Origin: a bacterium
GTDB lineage: Bacteria; Patescibacteriota; Patescibacteriia; SG8-24
Assembly: GCA_021824285.1 (NCBI GenBank)
Contig: JAKAKZ010000003.1
Span: 571 to 64,570 of the forward strand
Direction of reading: 5' to 3'
Length of the DNA: 64,000 nucleotides
The stretch's first letter is position 1; each line of letters opens with the position of its first letter. Positions 18,880 to 27,169 of this stretch are shown in pieces. Made by a program: the position numbers and the translations under genes. The notes beneath the pieces were generated by a model that ran no database searches, had not been told where the DNA came from, and worked only from the letters and a program-made list of their open reading frames with translations.

Positions 18880-19773
18880 ATGAAGACCATCACGCTGATC
18901 GCGGTTTCCCTGTTCGCCACGTCCGCCTTCGCCGGCGGCGGCGGCGACAAGATGCCGCCCGTCACGCTGAACGGCATCAACCTCGACAACCTCCCGCCCG
19001 AGGTCGTCGCCTGCCTCAAGCAGGTCGACATCGGCAAGAAGCGCGTCGAGACCAAGAAGACCGCGGTGGCCAAGCTCCAGAAGAAGGCCGAGACGGCCAA
19101 GGGCCCCGAGAAGACCAAGGCGCAAGCCGAGGTCGTCAAGGAGTCCAAGGAGCTCGAGCGGCTCGAAGGCCAGCTCCGCGACCTCTCGCGGCGTCTGAAC
19201 GACGCCGAGAAGAAGTTCGCCGAGAAGGACGACAGCCGTTATGGGGAGGTCGTCAAGGACCTGCTCAAGCAGCAGGCCAAGACCGAAGAGCTGATCGACG
19301 AGGTGAAGGGTCTCAAGAACGAGATCGCCAGCCTCGATCGCCAGCTGAGCTTCGTGAAGATCGGCCCCCGCATCGGTGCTCTGGCCTGGCGGTCCAACGA
19401 CCGCACGACCTACATCGGCGGCCTGCTTGGAGCGCGGCTCACGCTGCGCGCCGAAAGCGTCGACGTCTTCGTCGAGCCGTTCTCGGCCTTCGGCTCCCAG
19501 AACTGCCCGGTCTCGCTGGGCATCAAGGGCGGCGTCGGCCACGAGTTCGGCAACGGCCTCTCGCTCGAGGGCGGCGTCTTCGGCAGCGCGCATCGCATCA
19601 ACAACATGTTGAAGGCGAAGTCAGCGCTGCTGGCGCTCGACCTGGGCGTGGGCTTCCGGCCCGGCAAGTCCGGTCTGTCCCTGAATCTCTCGCTCCTTCT
19701 CGGAGCCGAGTTCGACCAGGGCACTCCGGCCTTCGCCTTCGGCGGCCAGGCCACGATCGGCTGGGACTTCTAG
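18880..19773 (+). CDS. Secreted protein: coiled coil plus C-terminal 8-stranded beta-barrel-like domain
   Basis: Signal peptide ending AFA, Lys/Glu-rich coiled coil, about eight Gly-rich amphipathic strands, C-terminal IGWDF; AAGGAG upstream. Confidence 0.8.
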   Translation: MKTITLIAVSLFATSAFAGGGGDKMPPVTLNGINLDNLPPEVVACLKQVDIGKKRVETKKTAVAKLQKKAETAKGPEKTKAQAEVVKESKELERLEGQLRDLSRRLNDAEKKFAEKDDSRYGEVVKDLLKQQAKTEELIDEVKGLKNEIASLDRQLSFVKIGPRIGALAWRSNDRTTYIGGLLGARLTLRAESVDVFVEPFSAFGSQNCPVSLGIKGGVGHEFGNGLSLEGGVFGSAHRINNMLKAKSALLALDLGVGFRPGKSGLSLNLSLLLGAEFDQGTPAFAFGGQATIGWDF

Positions 19774-19890
19774 TCCCGAACCACATAAAGGCGCTCGGGC
19801 CGCGGCTCCATGGTGGAGTCGCGGTCCGGGGCCTGCATCAACTGAAAAAAACTGCAGCTCATGCGGGTTCGCCCGCGAGGAGAAGAGAAG

Positions 19891-20553
19891 ATGAAGAACC
19901 TGATGATGACGTGGTTCGCGGCGATGTTCCTGGCCTTCACCCTCACCGCCTGCGGTCTGCAGGAGCCCACGGACGACAGTCCGGCGGCCAACCTGCAGCC
20001 CGACGGCACCGGCACGGTCCTCGTGACCGACGCCGGCCTGCCCGACGCTGACGCTGGGACTCCCGATGCCGACGCCGGTCAGCCGGTCGCGGACGCGGGC
20101 ACTCCCGCTCCCGCGCTCGACGACGGCCCCTTCCGGTCTCCGGCCGCCTGCGTCTTCGACTTCTCGTCGAAGTACGTGAGCGGCTCGACCTGCGGCGAGG
20201 TTCGCGGCAACGCCACGAACATGAGCTGGACGTCGGGGCCCAAGATCCTCGACGCCGACAGGGACGGGTACATGGGGATGTCCTTCCACATGGACCCCGG
20301 GACGTACGAGCTCTCGTACCTCGGGTTCCAGGACTGTGCGACGTCCACGCCAAACCAGGCGTGGGCCCAGTACGGTGGGGAAGACCAGCTCCGGGCCATG
20401 ACTTCGGCGGGTCGCGCGTTCATCCAGTGCAACTGGTGGGACGCGACGGCCAAGGCGAAGGTCACGGTGGGCAACCCGTCGTGCTCCCTGCGGATCACGG
20501 TGGACGGCAAGTGCAGCGTGACCGCAGCGGGCAACATGGCGAACTTCCAGTAA
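19891..20553 (+). CDS. Cys-rich putative lipoprotein 3
   Basis: GAGGAG upstream, LTAC-G lipobox, DAGLPDADAGTPDADAG linker, DADRDGY motif. Confidence 0.85.
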   Translation: MKNLMMTWFAAMFLAFTLTACGLQEPTDDSPAANLQPDGTGTVLVTDAGLPDADAGTPDADAGQPVADAGTPAPALDDGPFRSPAACVFDFSSKYVSGSTCGEVRGNATNMSWTSGPKILDADRDGYMGMSFHMDPGTYELSYLGFQDCATSTPNQAWAQYGGEDQLRAMTSAGRAFIQCNWWDATAKAKVTVGNPSCSLRITVDGKCSVTAAGNMANFQ

Positions 20554-20621
20554 GTCCGCCGAGGAGCCCAGTGCCAAGGGACGTCGGTCTCGACCGACGT
20601 CACAAGCAGTTAACCCCTTCC

Positions 20622-20657
20622 GGGCGTCAGCATTCCGCTGACGCCCGCTTTTATTTC
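20622..20657 (+). terminator. Intrinsic terminator closing the lipoprotein island
   Basis: GGGCGTCAGC-ATTCC-GCTGACGCCC followed by a T-rich tail. Confidence 0.8.
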
Positions 20658-20661
20658 ATCC

Positions 20662-20710
20662 AAGGGGACTGTCCCTTTTTGTTCAAAAGGGGACACTCCC
20701 CTGTGAATAA
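20662..20710. repeat. Solo RAYT-type REP doublet with a DnaA-box-like end
   Basis: AAGGGGACTGTCCCTTTTT-GTTC-AAAAGGGGACACTCCCC-TGTGAATAA; same motif as the RAYT flanks. Confidence 0.8.
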
Positions 20711-20755
20711 ACATCAGGGACAGGTTAAGGCGGAAAAGATAGAATAAGGGTAGGT

Positions 20756-22294
20756 ATGAAGCTTCTTGGCGCAATTTGGCGTAGTTTCGGAGTATCCGAG
20801 GCGGAACGGCGGCACTTTCAGCGCGCCCTGTTCGTCATAGCTCTGGTTGTCGGTGCGCTGGTATCGCTCCTATCCCCCTGGCGCGTATTTGCCGCTGTTT
20901 TCGGCGCGGCGGTCATCGGCCTTACCTTTTCGCGTCCGGGGCTCATCCTGATGTTCCTTGCCGCCTACACGCCGTTCGAGCCATTCCTCCTCAAGTTCGT
21001 GGGCGACGACATCTACGTCTACGCGCGCTATTTTTCCGAGGTCCTGATCTACATCCTGCTCGCGTCCGCGATCCTGCGGCATTGGCTGCTGCGGCGCAAA
21101 TGGCACGGCACGCCCATCGACCTGCCTTTGGCCTTCTTCCTGCTCGTGGCCATCGCTTCGCTCGTCATCAACTTCGTACCGCCGACGATCGGCCTTCTGG
21201 GACTGCGGCAGATCATCCGTTTCATCATCCTCTATTATGCCGTGATTCTCCTGGAGCCGGACCGGCCGTACATCCGCCGCTTTACCGTCATGATGTTCGC
21301 CGTGACGCTGTTCGAGGCCGCGCTCGGGGCGTTGCAGGCCCTGACCGGGGGCGCGCTCGACGAGTTCCTGATTCCGAGCGACCGGAGATTCTTCGAGAGC
21401 GTCCAGCTGACCACGGGCACGGACCAGACCTGGTCACCGGGCACGCGCGTCTTCGCCACGCTCGGGCGCTACGACCAGCTCGGCACGTTCTTGAGCTTTT
21501 TCATGACCATGGCGCTCGGTTTCCTCTACGGTCTCAAGGATAAGATCCTGAAGCACCGCCTGTTCTGGTTCATTCTGGCCTGCACGCCGGCACTCGTGCT
21601 CACCCTGTCGCGCGCCTCCTGGTTCGGCTTCCTTTTGGCACTCGCGGCGCTCGGCGGCTGGCTGATGAAGGACCGGCGCGTGCGCTTCGGCTTCGCGGCC
21701 GTAGCCATCGCGGCCGTCAGCTATCTCGGCATCAGCGGACTCGTGGTGCGCTACATGACCGACTATCCGGAGCAGACTTTGGTGGAAAGGTTCTTTGAGG
21801 CTTTCTCCTACGAGCGCTGGCGCGGCGAGTATATCGGGCTCGGCCGGCTCTTCTGGATCGTGCAGACGCCGACGGTCGTGGTGCGCTCTTCGCCGCTTTT
21901 CGGCGTGGGGCCGGGTCAGTACGGCGGGGGAGCGGCGGCAGCGCTCGGCAACACGCGCGTCTACGAGTCCTTGAACCTGCCTTTCGGCGTTTACGGCACC
22001 GAGGGCTACATCGACAACAACTGGTTTTCGCTCTGGGGCGAGACCGGCACGCTGGGTCTGGTGTTCTATTTCTGGATGTTCTTCGCGCTCGGCCAGCTTG
22101 CCATCAATACCTGGCGCCGCTCGCATGATCAGCTGATCCGCGGTCTGGCGCTCGGTTTCTTCGGCTGTCTGCTCGCCGTTTCCTTCCAGGCTTTTCTGGC
22201 CACCTATCTGGAAGTCCGCACGCTAGCGCTGTATTTCTGGTGTTATGCGGCGTTCCTGGCGGTTTTGTCCAGGCAGGAACGGATTTCGACGTGA
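20756..22294 (+). CDS. O-antigen ligase/Wzy_C-family membrane protein
   Basis: Polytopic; RVFATLG, TLSRASW, PLFGVGPG, IDNNWFSLWGETGTLGL. Confidence 0.85.
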   Translation: MKLLGAIWRSFGVSEAERRHFQRALFVIALVVGALVSLLSPWRVFAAVFGAAVIGLTFSRPGLILMFLAAYTPFEPFLLKFVGDDIYVYARYFSEVLIYILLASAILRHWLLRRKWHGTPIDLPLAFFLLVAIASLVINFVPPTIGLLGLRQIIRFIILYYAVILLEPDRPYIRRFTVMMFAVTLFEAALGALQALTGGALDEFLIPSDRRFFESVQLTTGTDQTWSPGTRVFATLGRYDQLGTFLSFFMTMALGFLYGLKDKILKHRLFWFILACTPALVLTLSRASWFGFLLALAALGGWLMKDRRVRFGFAAVAIAAVSYLGISGLVVRYMTDYPEQTLVERFFEAFSYERWRGEYIGLGRLFWIVQTPTVVVRSSPLFGVGPGQYGGGAAAALGNTRVYESLNLPFGVYGTEGYIDNNWFSLWGETGTLGLVFYFWMFFALGQLAINTWRRSHDQLIRGLALGFFGCLLAVSFQAFLATYLEVRTLALYFWCYAAFLAVLSRQERIST

Positions 22295-22384
22295 GTTGCA
22301 GGGCGGATATCAGACATCAGATATCTGATATCAGCACGTCGGTCAACTCGCATCTGATATCCGTTCTCTGATATCTCGATCACC

Positions 22385-23635
22385 ATGCGGATCATCTTCG
22401 CCAACAAATTCTACTACTTGAAGGGCGGCGCGGAGCGCTACATGTTCGATTTGGCGGGCCAGCTGAACCGCTTCGGCCACGAGATCGTGCCGTTCGCCAT
22501 GCGCGATGACCGCAACGTCAAGACCTCCTGGAGCCGCAATTTCGTGAGCGCGGTGCGGACCGAGCGCGTCTCCTTCGGCTGGCAGGGGCTGCGGACCGCC
22601 GGGCGGCTGCTCTACTCCTTCGAGGCACGGCGCCGTTTCCGCCGCTTGCTGCACGAGGCGCGGCCGGATGTCCTGCACGTGCACAACATCTACCACCAGC
22701 TCTCGCCGTCGTTCCTGCCCATCATCCGTGAGCAGGGTCTGCCGACGGTCATGACGGCGCACGACTATTCGCTCATCGCGCCGAACTACTCGCTTTACCA
22801 CGATGGCGCCATCTGCGAGATAACCAAGCCCGACCGCTTCTGGCGCGCCGTCGGCCATCGCTGCGTGAAAGGCTCACGGGCCGCCTCCGCGCTCGAGGCC
22901 CTGGAGTTCTCGCTCCACCGCGCGCTCGGTCTTTACATGAAAAATCTTGATGTCATCATCGCACCCAGCCGGTTCATGCAGGCGACGCTCGTCGAGTACG
23001 GCGTGCCGGAGGATCTCATCGTACATATCCCGCATCCGGTGACGACCGAAGGGCGCATGGTCAGCAGCGGCGGGAAATACGCCCTGTTCGTCGGCCGCCT
23101 GTCGCCGGAGAAGGGCGCGGACGTGCTGCTGCGGGCCGCGGTCAAAGCGCCGAAGGTGCCGGTGAAGATCGTCGGCACCGGGCCGGAGGAAGGGAAGCTT
23201 AAGGCGCTTGCCAAGAAACTGAAGCTCTCTAACGTGGAGTTTCTCGGCTTCCGCCAGGGCGCGGAACTTGAAGCCGCCTATGCCGGTGCTGCCTTCGTCG
23301 TCGTGCCGTCCGTCTGGTACGAGGTCGCTGGGCTGGTGGCTCTTGAGGCATACGCGCACGGCAAACCGGTCATCGCCTCGCAGATCGGCGGCTTGGCCGA
23401 GGCCGTGGAGGACGGGGAGACCGGACTGTGCGTTTCCGCCGGCGATGCCGACGGACTCGCAGAGCGAATGAGGCAATTATGGGCCGAACCGAAAGCAGCA
23501 CAGGAAATGGGCCGCGCCGCCCGCGCCTACGTGGAGCGCGAACACGACCCCGAAACCCACGCCAGCCGCATCCTCTGGGCGTATGAATTGGCTAAGGAGC
23601 GGTCGAAAGCAGTCCGTCAAATCCAGGAACGATAA
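22385..23635 (+). CDS. Glycosyltransferase family 4
   Basis: GGAERY, FVGRLSPEKG, PSVWYE...LEAYAHGKPVI. Confidence 0.92.
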   Translation: MRIIFANKFYYLKGGAERYMFDLAGQLNRFGHEIVPFAMRDDRNVKTSWSRNFVSAVRTERVSFGWQGLRTAGRLLYSFEARRRFRRLLHEARPDVLHVHNIYHQLSPSFLPIIREQGLPTVMTAHDYSLIAPNYSLYHDGAICEITKPDRFWRAVGHRCVKGSRAASALEALEFSLHRALGLYMKNLDVIIAPSRFMQATLVEYGVPEDLIVHIPHPVTTEGRMVSSGGKYALFVGRLSPEKGADVLLRAAVKAPKVPVKIVGTGPEEGKLKALAKKLKLSNVEFLGFRQGAELEAAYAGAAFVVVPSVWYEVAGLVALEAYAHGKPVIASQIGGLAEAVEDGETGLCVSAGDADGLAERMRQLWAEPKAAQEMGRAARAYVEREHDPETHASRILWAYELAKERSKAVRQIQER

Positions 23636-23637
23636 CG

Positions 23638-23665
23638 AAAACCGCGCCTCAAGGGCGCGGTTTTT
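23638..23665. terminator. Bidirectional terminator between convergent GT4 genes
   Basis: AAAACCGCGCC-TCAAG-GGCGCGGTTTTT. Confidence 0.8.
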
Positions 23666-23671
23666 GCTTGG

Positions 23672-24820
23672 TTAAGCTATTTTTTTGGCCACTCGGACGG
23701 TCGAGAACAATCCGCCATACACCCAATTCACTCCTTTGGCGATCTCGTCCCAGCGGTAGTGGGCGAGGACATGGCGACGGGATTCCGCGCCTTTGGCGCG
23801 GGCCAGCGTCGGCCGGCGCAGGACGAATTCCAGGGAGCGGGCCAGGTCGCGGGCGTTGCCGTTCTTGAACTTCACGCCGCACTCGCCGAGCGCCTCCAGG
23901 TTCTCCGGGATGTCCGAGGCCACCACGCACTTGCCGAAGCTCATGGCTTCGAGCACGGCAATCGGCAAGCCTTCGGATTCGGACGGGTGGGCGATGCAGT
24001 AGGCGTTGGCGAACATCTGGTGCAGGGCCTTGCCCTTCAGGTAGCCGGTGAAGAGGATGTCGGACTGTCCGGCGGCGGCGCGGCGCAGCTCTTTGACGTA
24101 GCCGTCAGTGAAGGCGGAATCGCCCACGATGACCAGCTTCTTGCCGGCCGTGAGGCCGCGGGCCCGCAGGTGCTTCCAGGCCGCGATCAGGTGATGCGCG
24201 CCCTTATGGCGCACGAGACGGGAGACCATGGCTACGTAGCCGCCCTTCTGAAGGTTGAACTTTTTCGTCAGGTCCTGCTTTTGCATCGGCGGCTCTTCCA
24301 CGCCGTTCGGCAGGTAGAGCGCTTCGCTGCCGTAGGTCTCGCGGATATAGCGGCAGAGGGTCTTTGAGACCGCGATGGTGACGTGCGGGAAGCGGCAGGC
24401 GGCGCGCTCGCCGAGCGTGAGCATCAGGCGCGCGAAGCGGCCCCACTTGGCGTGCGTGGCGTCTACGCAATGGAAGGTCACGACCACGCGGCTCTGGGGC
24501 GCGAGGAGGCGCGGGAGCCAGGCGAGGAGCGCCGGGCCGACCCCATGGAAATGGAAGATATCCGTGCCCGCGAAAACCGCGTGCAGGGTGGAGGTGAAGG
24601 TGTGGATGATGGCGTCCAGGTGCTTGGTGCGGATGGTCGGGGTGGCGACAGCCGTAACGCCTGGGGCGTAGCGGCGGTCGGCCGGAGCGTACCAAGTGCG
24701 GGTGTAGACGCGGACATCGTGCCCAGCGCGGCCCAGGCGGACAGCCAAAGCCTCGACGTGCCGTTCAATGCCGCCGAAAGCCGCTGGGATACCCTTTTGT
24801 CCGATCATGGCGATACGCAT
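23672..24820 (-). CDS. Glycosyltransferase family 4
   Basis: MRIAMIGQKGIPAAFGGIERHVE, SRLVRHKG, EGLPIAVLEAMS. Confidence 0.92.
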   Translation of the reverse strand: MRIAMIGQKGIPAAFGGIERHVEALAVRLGRAGHDVRVYTRTWYAPADRRYAPGVTAVATPTIRTKHLDAIIHTFTSTLHAVFAGTDIFHFHGVGPALLAWLPRLLAPQSRVVVTFHCVDATHAKWGRFARLMLTLGERAACRFPHVTIAVSKTLCRYIRETYGSEALYLPNGVEEPPMQKQDLTKKFNLQKGGYVAMVSRLVRHKGAHHLIAAWKHLRARGLTAGKKLVIVGDSAFTDGYVKELRRAAAGQSDILFTGYLKGKALHQMFANAYCIAHPSESEGLPIAVLEAMSFGKCVVASDIPENLEALGECGVKFKNGNARDLARSLEFVLRRPTLARAKGAESRRHVLAHYRWDEIAKGVNWVYGGLFSTVRVAKKIA

Positions 24821-24937
24821 ATTTTTTGGCTCAATCAGGCCAATTTGAAGCCTCATTGGACCTAGAAATTTAGCATATTTTGGCGGAAAAGTCAAGGGTC
24901 GGGAGGTTGATGGATAAGTAGAGAAAGAGTGTTCATT

Positions 24938-25042
24938 ATCTGTCATTGCGAGAAGGCCCGCAGGCCGACGAAGCAATCCCGCGCAAATGAGCACGAGATT
25001 GCTTCGTCGCTCCGCCGTGCTTCGCTCCTCGCAATGACAGAT
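24938..25042. repeat. REP/RPE-like palindromic element (TGTCATTGCGAG...CTCGCAATGACA type)
   Basis: 15-bp terminal inverted repeat ATCTGTCATTGCGAG/CTCGCAATGACAGAT; inner CGACGAAGCAATC/GATTGCTTCGTCG. Confidence 0.85.
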
Positions 25043-25142
25043 GGTTATTATGTCGTGGTTAAGACATCAAAAAATCGCGCCTTATCAGCGCGATTTTTTC
25101 ATTCACTTATAGACCTTTAAACTCTTAAACTTCTATACCCAC

Positions 25143-27062
25143 TCACCTCACCACCCGCTCCTTCCCCTTCGCCCTCTCATCCCGCGTCAGGTCCGTCGTG
25201 ACGGCCGGGGCGTAATTACGGAGCTGCGTACCGGTCGAGATGTCGCGGCCCGTGACCGTGATGCCGCCCAAGAGCTCCGCCGGCTGTCCCGCCATACCGC
25301 TGTCTGGGGTCAGGTTGAGCTCGATGGAGGCGGCCGGACGCAGTTCCAGGTTATCGGTGAAGGCCTGGACCTCGCCCAGGGTCCACCGTAGACGGCGCAC
25401 CGTGGGCAGGTAATCGATGGACGAACCGGCCGTGACGGCGGTCCGTCCGGTCCAAGTGACGCCCGGCGGCAGTTCGGCCTCCACCACCGTATCGCGTACC
25501 TCAGAGGTGGTGTTGCGTACGCTCAGGATCAGGCGGTAGCTCGTGGTCTGGCTGACGCGCGGGGGGAGCGGGCCGATGCCCAGCTGTTCGCCGTCCGGCG
25601 TCCAATAGAAGGCGGCGGCGGACACGCTAAGGTTCGTAGTGACCGGGATGGCTGTTTCGGCGGTATCTGCGCGGACCGGTCGGCTGTCGCCCTCCAGCAG
25701 GTACTCGGCCGTGGCCCGCAGCGGGATTTCCGGATGTCCTGACTCGCCGACCGCGTCGGCCGGCAGGTCTTGGGGCAGGTGGATGACCGCGGTCAGGCTG
25801 CCGGAGCCGCCCGGCTGGACGCTCGCTAGTTCCGGGGAGGTCCGGTTGTCCCAGGAGAGTTCCGCCGGTTCGAGCGTCGCGCCGAGCGCCGGAGTGGGCA
25901 GTAGGGACAGACGCAGGTCGCGGAGCGCGGTCGTGCCGCCGTTCGTGTAGTGCAGGTTTACGACGATATCGCTGCCGGGCAGGGCGGCGTTGCCCTGGGC
26001 CGGCTGGACGATGTCTTGTTCGAGATGGAAACCGGTAGAGCGGATGTCCGCGTTGGCCCGCACCGATTCCAGCACGAGCTCCCGCCCCTGTTCGGACGTC
26101 GTCGCTGTGGCAGTGAAGGCCGGGGCCGCACCGGCGCTCTCGAACAGCCAACCAGTGGCGGAGACGTTGCCCTTGTCACCGGGCTGGAGATCGCCGAGGC
26201 GCCACTCAAGCGGCCGGCTCGACGGGGGAGTCACGTTCAGCAGGCGATAGCCGGTGGGCGGTTCGACGCGAAGCACGACGTTACGCAGGGTCTCTGCGGA
26301 ACCGTTCTCGTAGCCGAAGGTCATGGTCGTCGGGCGGCCATAGACCGCATCGGCCTCGGAAGAGAAGGAGAGCGCCAGCCGGTTGGCGGCGAAAACCGTC
26401 CAGGTGCGGGCTACGGCCACGGATGGGGCGGTCCGACCGCTTTGCCAGTAGCGCAGTTCAGCGGTCACGGTCGCCTGCGTGCCAGAAGCGGCATAGAAAC
26501 GGCCTGGAACGGACATGTGGCCATCGGTATGCGCCGCAATGTCGCCCAAGGGGACCACGACGGAGTTCGCGTCATGCCCTACGGCGAAGGCGGCGGCCAT
26601 GCAGCCACCAGCGTCGCTCTGCGGCAGGCCGGCGTCTGGCACGAATTGCGCCTCCGGCATGACTATAAGCACGGCGCAGCGCGCGGTTCCGTCCGTGTCG
26701 TTCCGGTAGGTCAGCGATAGGGCCGCGTCCGCTCCGCCGGTCAGCTGGTTCGGGAGCGACATCTCCAGGCTGACAATCGCGGGATTCGCGGCTTTGGGCA
26801 GGTAGAGCCAGCCGAAGACTCCGGCAACGGCCAGGCCGGACAAGATGAAGAGCAGGAGCAGGTCCACGAGCAGCACGCCGAAAGCAAAGCGCGGATGCCG
26901 TTTCACGTATTTCTCCTCCCAATGGTGGCGCAGGGCCGGATGATAAAGCAGGTCCAGGATCTTAAGGAGGGCCTGTTTGGGCTTATGCCGGTGCGGGTGG
27001 ACCTTGCCGTGGATCCAACGCCCGATTTTCTTGAAGGCCACTGGTACGGGTTCGTGCAGCAT
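25143..27062 (-). CDS. Membrane-anchored multi-Ig (DUF11-like) protein
   Basis: One TM, repeated YxN...L.N..L and W.LGDLQPG modules, GPLPPRVSQTTSY. Confidence 0.8.
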   Translation of the reverse strand: MLHEPVPVAFKKIGRWIHGKVHPHRHKPKQALLKILDLLYHPALRHHWEEKYVKRHPRFAFGVLLVDLLLLFILSGLAVAGVFGWLYLPKAANPAIVSLEMSLPNQLTGGADAALSLTYRNDTDGTARCAVLIVMPEAQFVPDAGLPQSDAGGCMAAAFAVGHDANSVVVPLGDIAAHTDGHMSVPGRFYAASGTQATVTAELRYWQSGRTAPSVAVARTWTVFAANRLALSFSSEADAVYGRPTTMTFGYENGSAETLRNVVLRVEPPTGYRLLNVTPPSSRPLEWRLGDLQPGDKGNVSATGWLFESAGAAPAFTATATTSEQGRELVLESVRANADIRSTGFHLEQDIVQPAQGNAALPGSDIVVNLHYTNGGTTALRDLRLSLLPTPALGATLEPAELSWDNRTSPELASVQPGGSGSLTAVIHLPQDLPADAVGESGHPEIPLRATAEYLLEGDSRPVRADTAETAIPVTTNLSVSAAAFYWTPDGEQLGIGPLPPRVSQTTSYRLILSVRNTTSEVRDTVVEAELPPGVTWTGRTAVTAGSSIDYLPTVRRLRWTLGEVQAFTDNLELRPAASIELNLTPDSGMAGQPAELLGGITVTGRDISTGTQLRNYAPAVTTDLTRDERAKGKERVVR

Positions 27063-27169
27063 ATGACTATATTATATAGGAAGGTTTGGAACGGCGCTTG
27101 TCATGTTCGGAGATGCGGAGCTGGTGGTGCGCCGCTGCTGGCTACTTCGCGTCTCCGCATCTCCGCATC

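Noticed and set aside
18714-20577. Long alternative-frame ORFs across the lipoprotein island (18714-20051 +, 18718-19593 -, 19621-20577 -)
   Set aside because: Arg/Gly-rich off-frame products overlapping ORFs that have signal peptides, SD motifs and paralogs.
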